From Harriotta raleighana (Eukaryota): a stretch of 64,000 nucleotides of DNA. This document shows positions 63,244-64,000 of this stretch, piece after piece (position 1 is the stretch's first letter; every line of letters starts with the position of its first letter). Under the pieces are notes generated by a model. That model was not told where the DNA came from. It made no database searches and saw nothing but the letters and a program-made list of their open reading frames with translations. Where the stretch lies: NCBI GenBank assembly GCA_050575255.1, contig JBNZDD010013586.1, positions 587,083 through 651,082 of the forward strand. The letters are read 5' to 3'. The position numbers and the translations under genes were made by a program.

Positions 63244-64000
63244 ATCAAGCTCTCTGGGACACTACCCCATGTGAAGGATGCTATATAAATGCAAGTTGTT
63301 GTGGCTGTGGTTGTCATTTCTCTTTCCACTCCCTCCTTCGTTAATGTTTTCGCCGCATTCGATTTCTCATCTCTCCATAATTTCTGGCAAGTGTCCACGG
63401 ACACTGAGTTGGACTCGGCGGCAAGAAATCCAGCCTCTGGATCAGTAACTGAAATATTGAGCGCTTTGAGGCATCGATAAGATGTGGAAAGCGCTATATA
63501 AATGGAAGGATTGTGATAATTGATTGTATTTATTCTTATTTATGACAGATTTTGGCTGCTACCTCCAAAAATAATCTGTGCGCCACTTAAGAGACGTTTC
63601 GTAGTAACAAAGCGTTAGCAGAACACGCAAGTTCTCGCTTTCTTTCTCAATAAACATAGCACGTTCAGCAGAAGTAATCACGCAGCTATTTGCGGAGGCA
63701 CAATTTCACCACGCTCAACCAGCTCACTTTCCGTGATCACACAGGAAACCTTGCAGATCTCACCCCAGCACCTCAGAAACGGGCAAGATGCCTCGAGAGG
63801 CTTGCAAATGTCTCTCCGAGCGTTCTGCGGTGCAATCACTGCAATTCCCCGATCAGCCAGAAGGAGGCACAAGTGTTGCGCAAAGAGTTGGGGGCAGGAA
63901 ACTGAGCGAAACTGTTAATTGCCCACTAATCACATACACCGACGTACTCAGTGGGTTCACGTGATCTGAATTATCACGCCGTTGATAAAGGCAACCAGTG

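Noticed and set aside
63320-63450. Possible further upstream PREX1 exon (tttcag then ...DPEAGFLAAESNSVSVDTCQKLWRDEK...)
   Set aside because: No recognisable P-Rex1 similarity, no clear donor, and flanked by L2-type tails; cannot be supported without cDNA
1-64000. Prokaryotic features (operons, CRISPR arrays, defence systems)
   Set aside because: The sequence is intron-exon vertebrate DNA; no long ORFs or repeat-spacer arrays were seen

Overview
Vertebrate (non-prokaryotic) genomic DNA. The repeat content (tRNA/Deu-domain/L2-tail SINE, shark-type CR1 and Penelope ends) and the assembly style (single-N joins) suggest a cartilaginous fish, most likely the elephant shark Callorhinchus milii; this is an inference. 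The right third holds the last 19 coding exons of PREX1 (P-Rex1 Rac GEF, C-terminal IP4P pseudo-phosphatase region) on the minus strand, 61988 to 41749. All 19 exons have GT-AG boundaries and join in one frame (2504 nt, about 833 aa plus stop, ending PPSDGDL). A probable ~3.8 kb 3'UTR runs down to ~37905. Positions 1-37900 are a gene-free downstream interval with SINEs, L2/CR1/Penelope relics, a palindromic ~225 bp MITE-like family, hairpins, a decayed minisatellite and candidate enhancers. Most ORF-track entries are spurious. I found no clear novel protein-coding system; the best leads are non-coding or structural.
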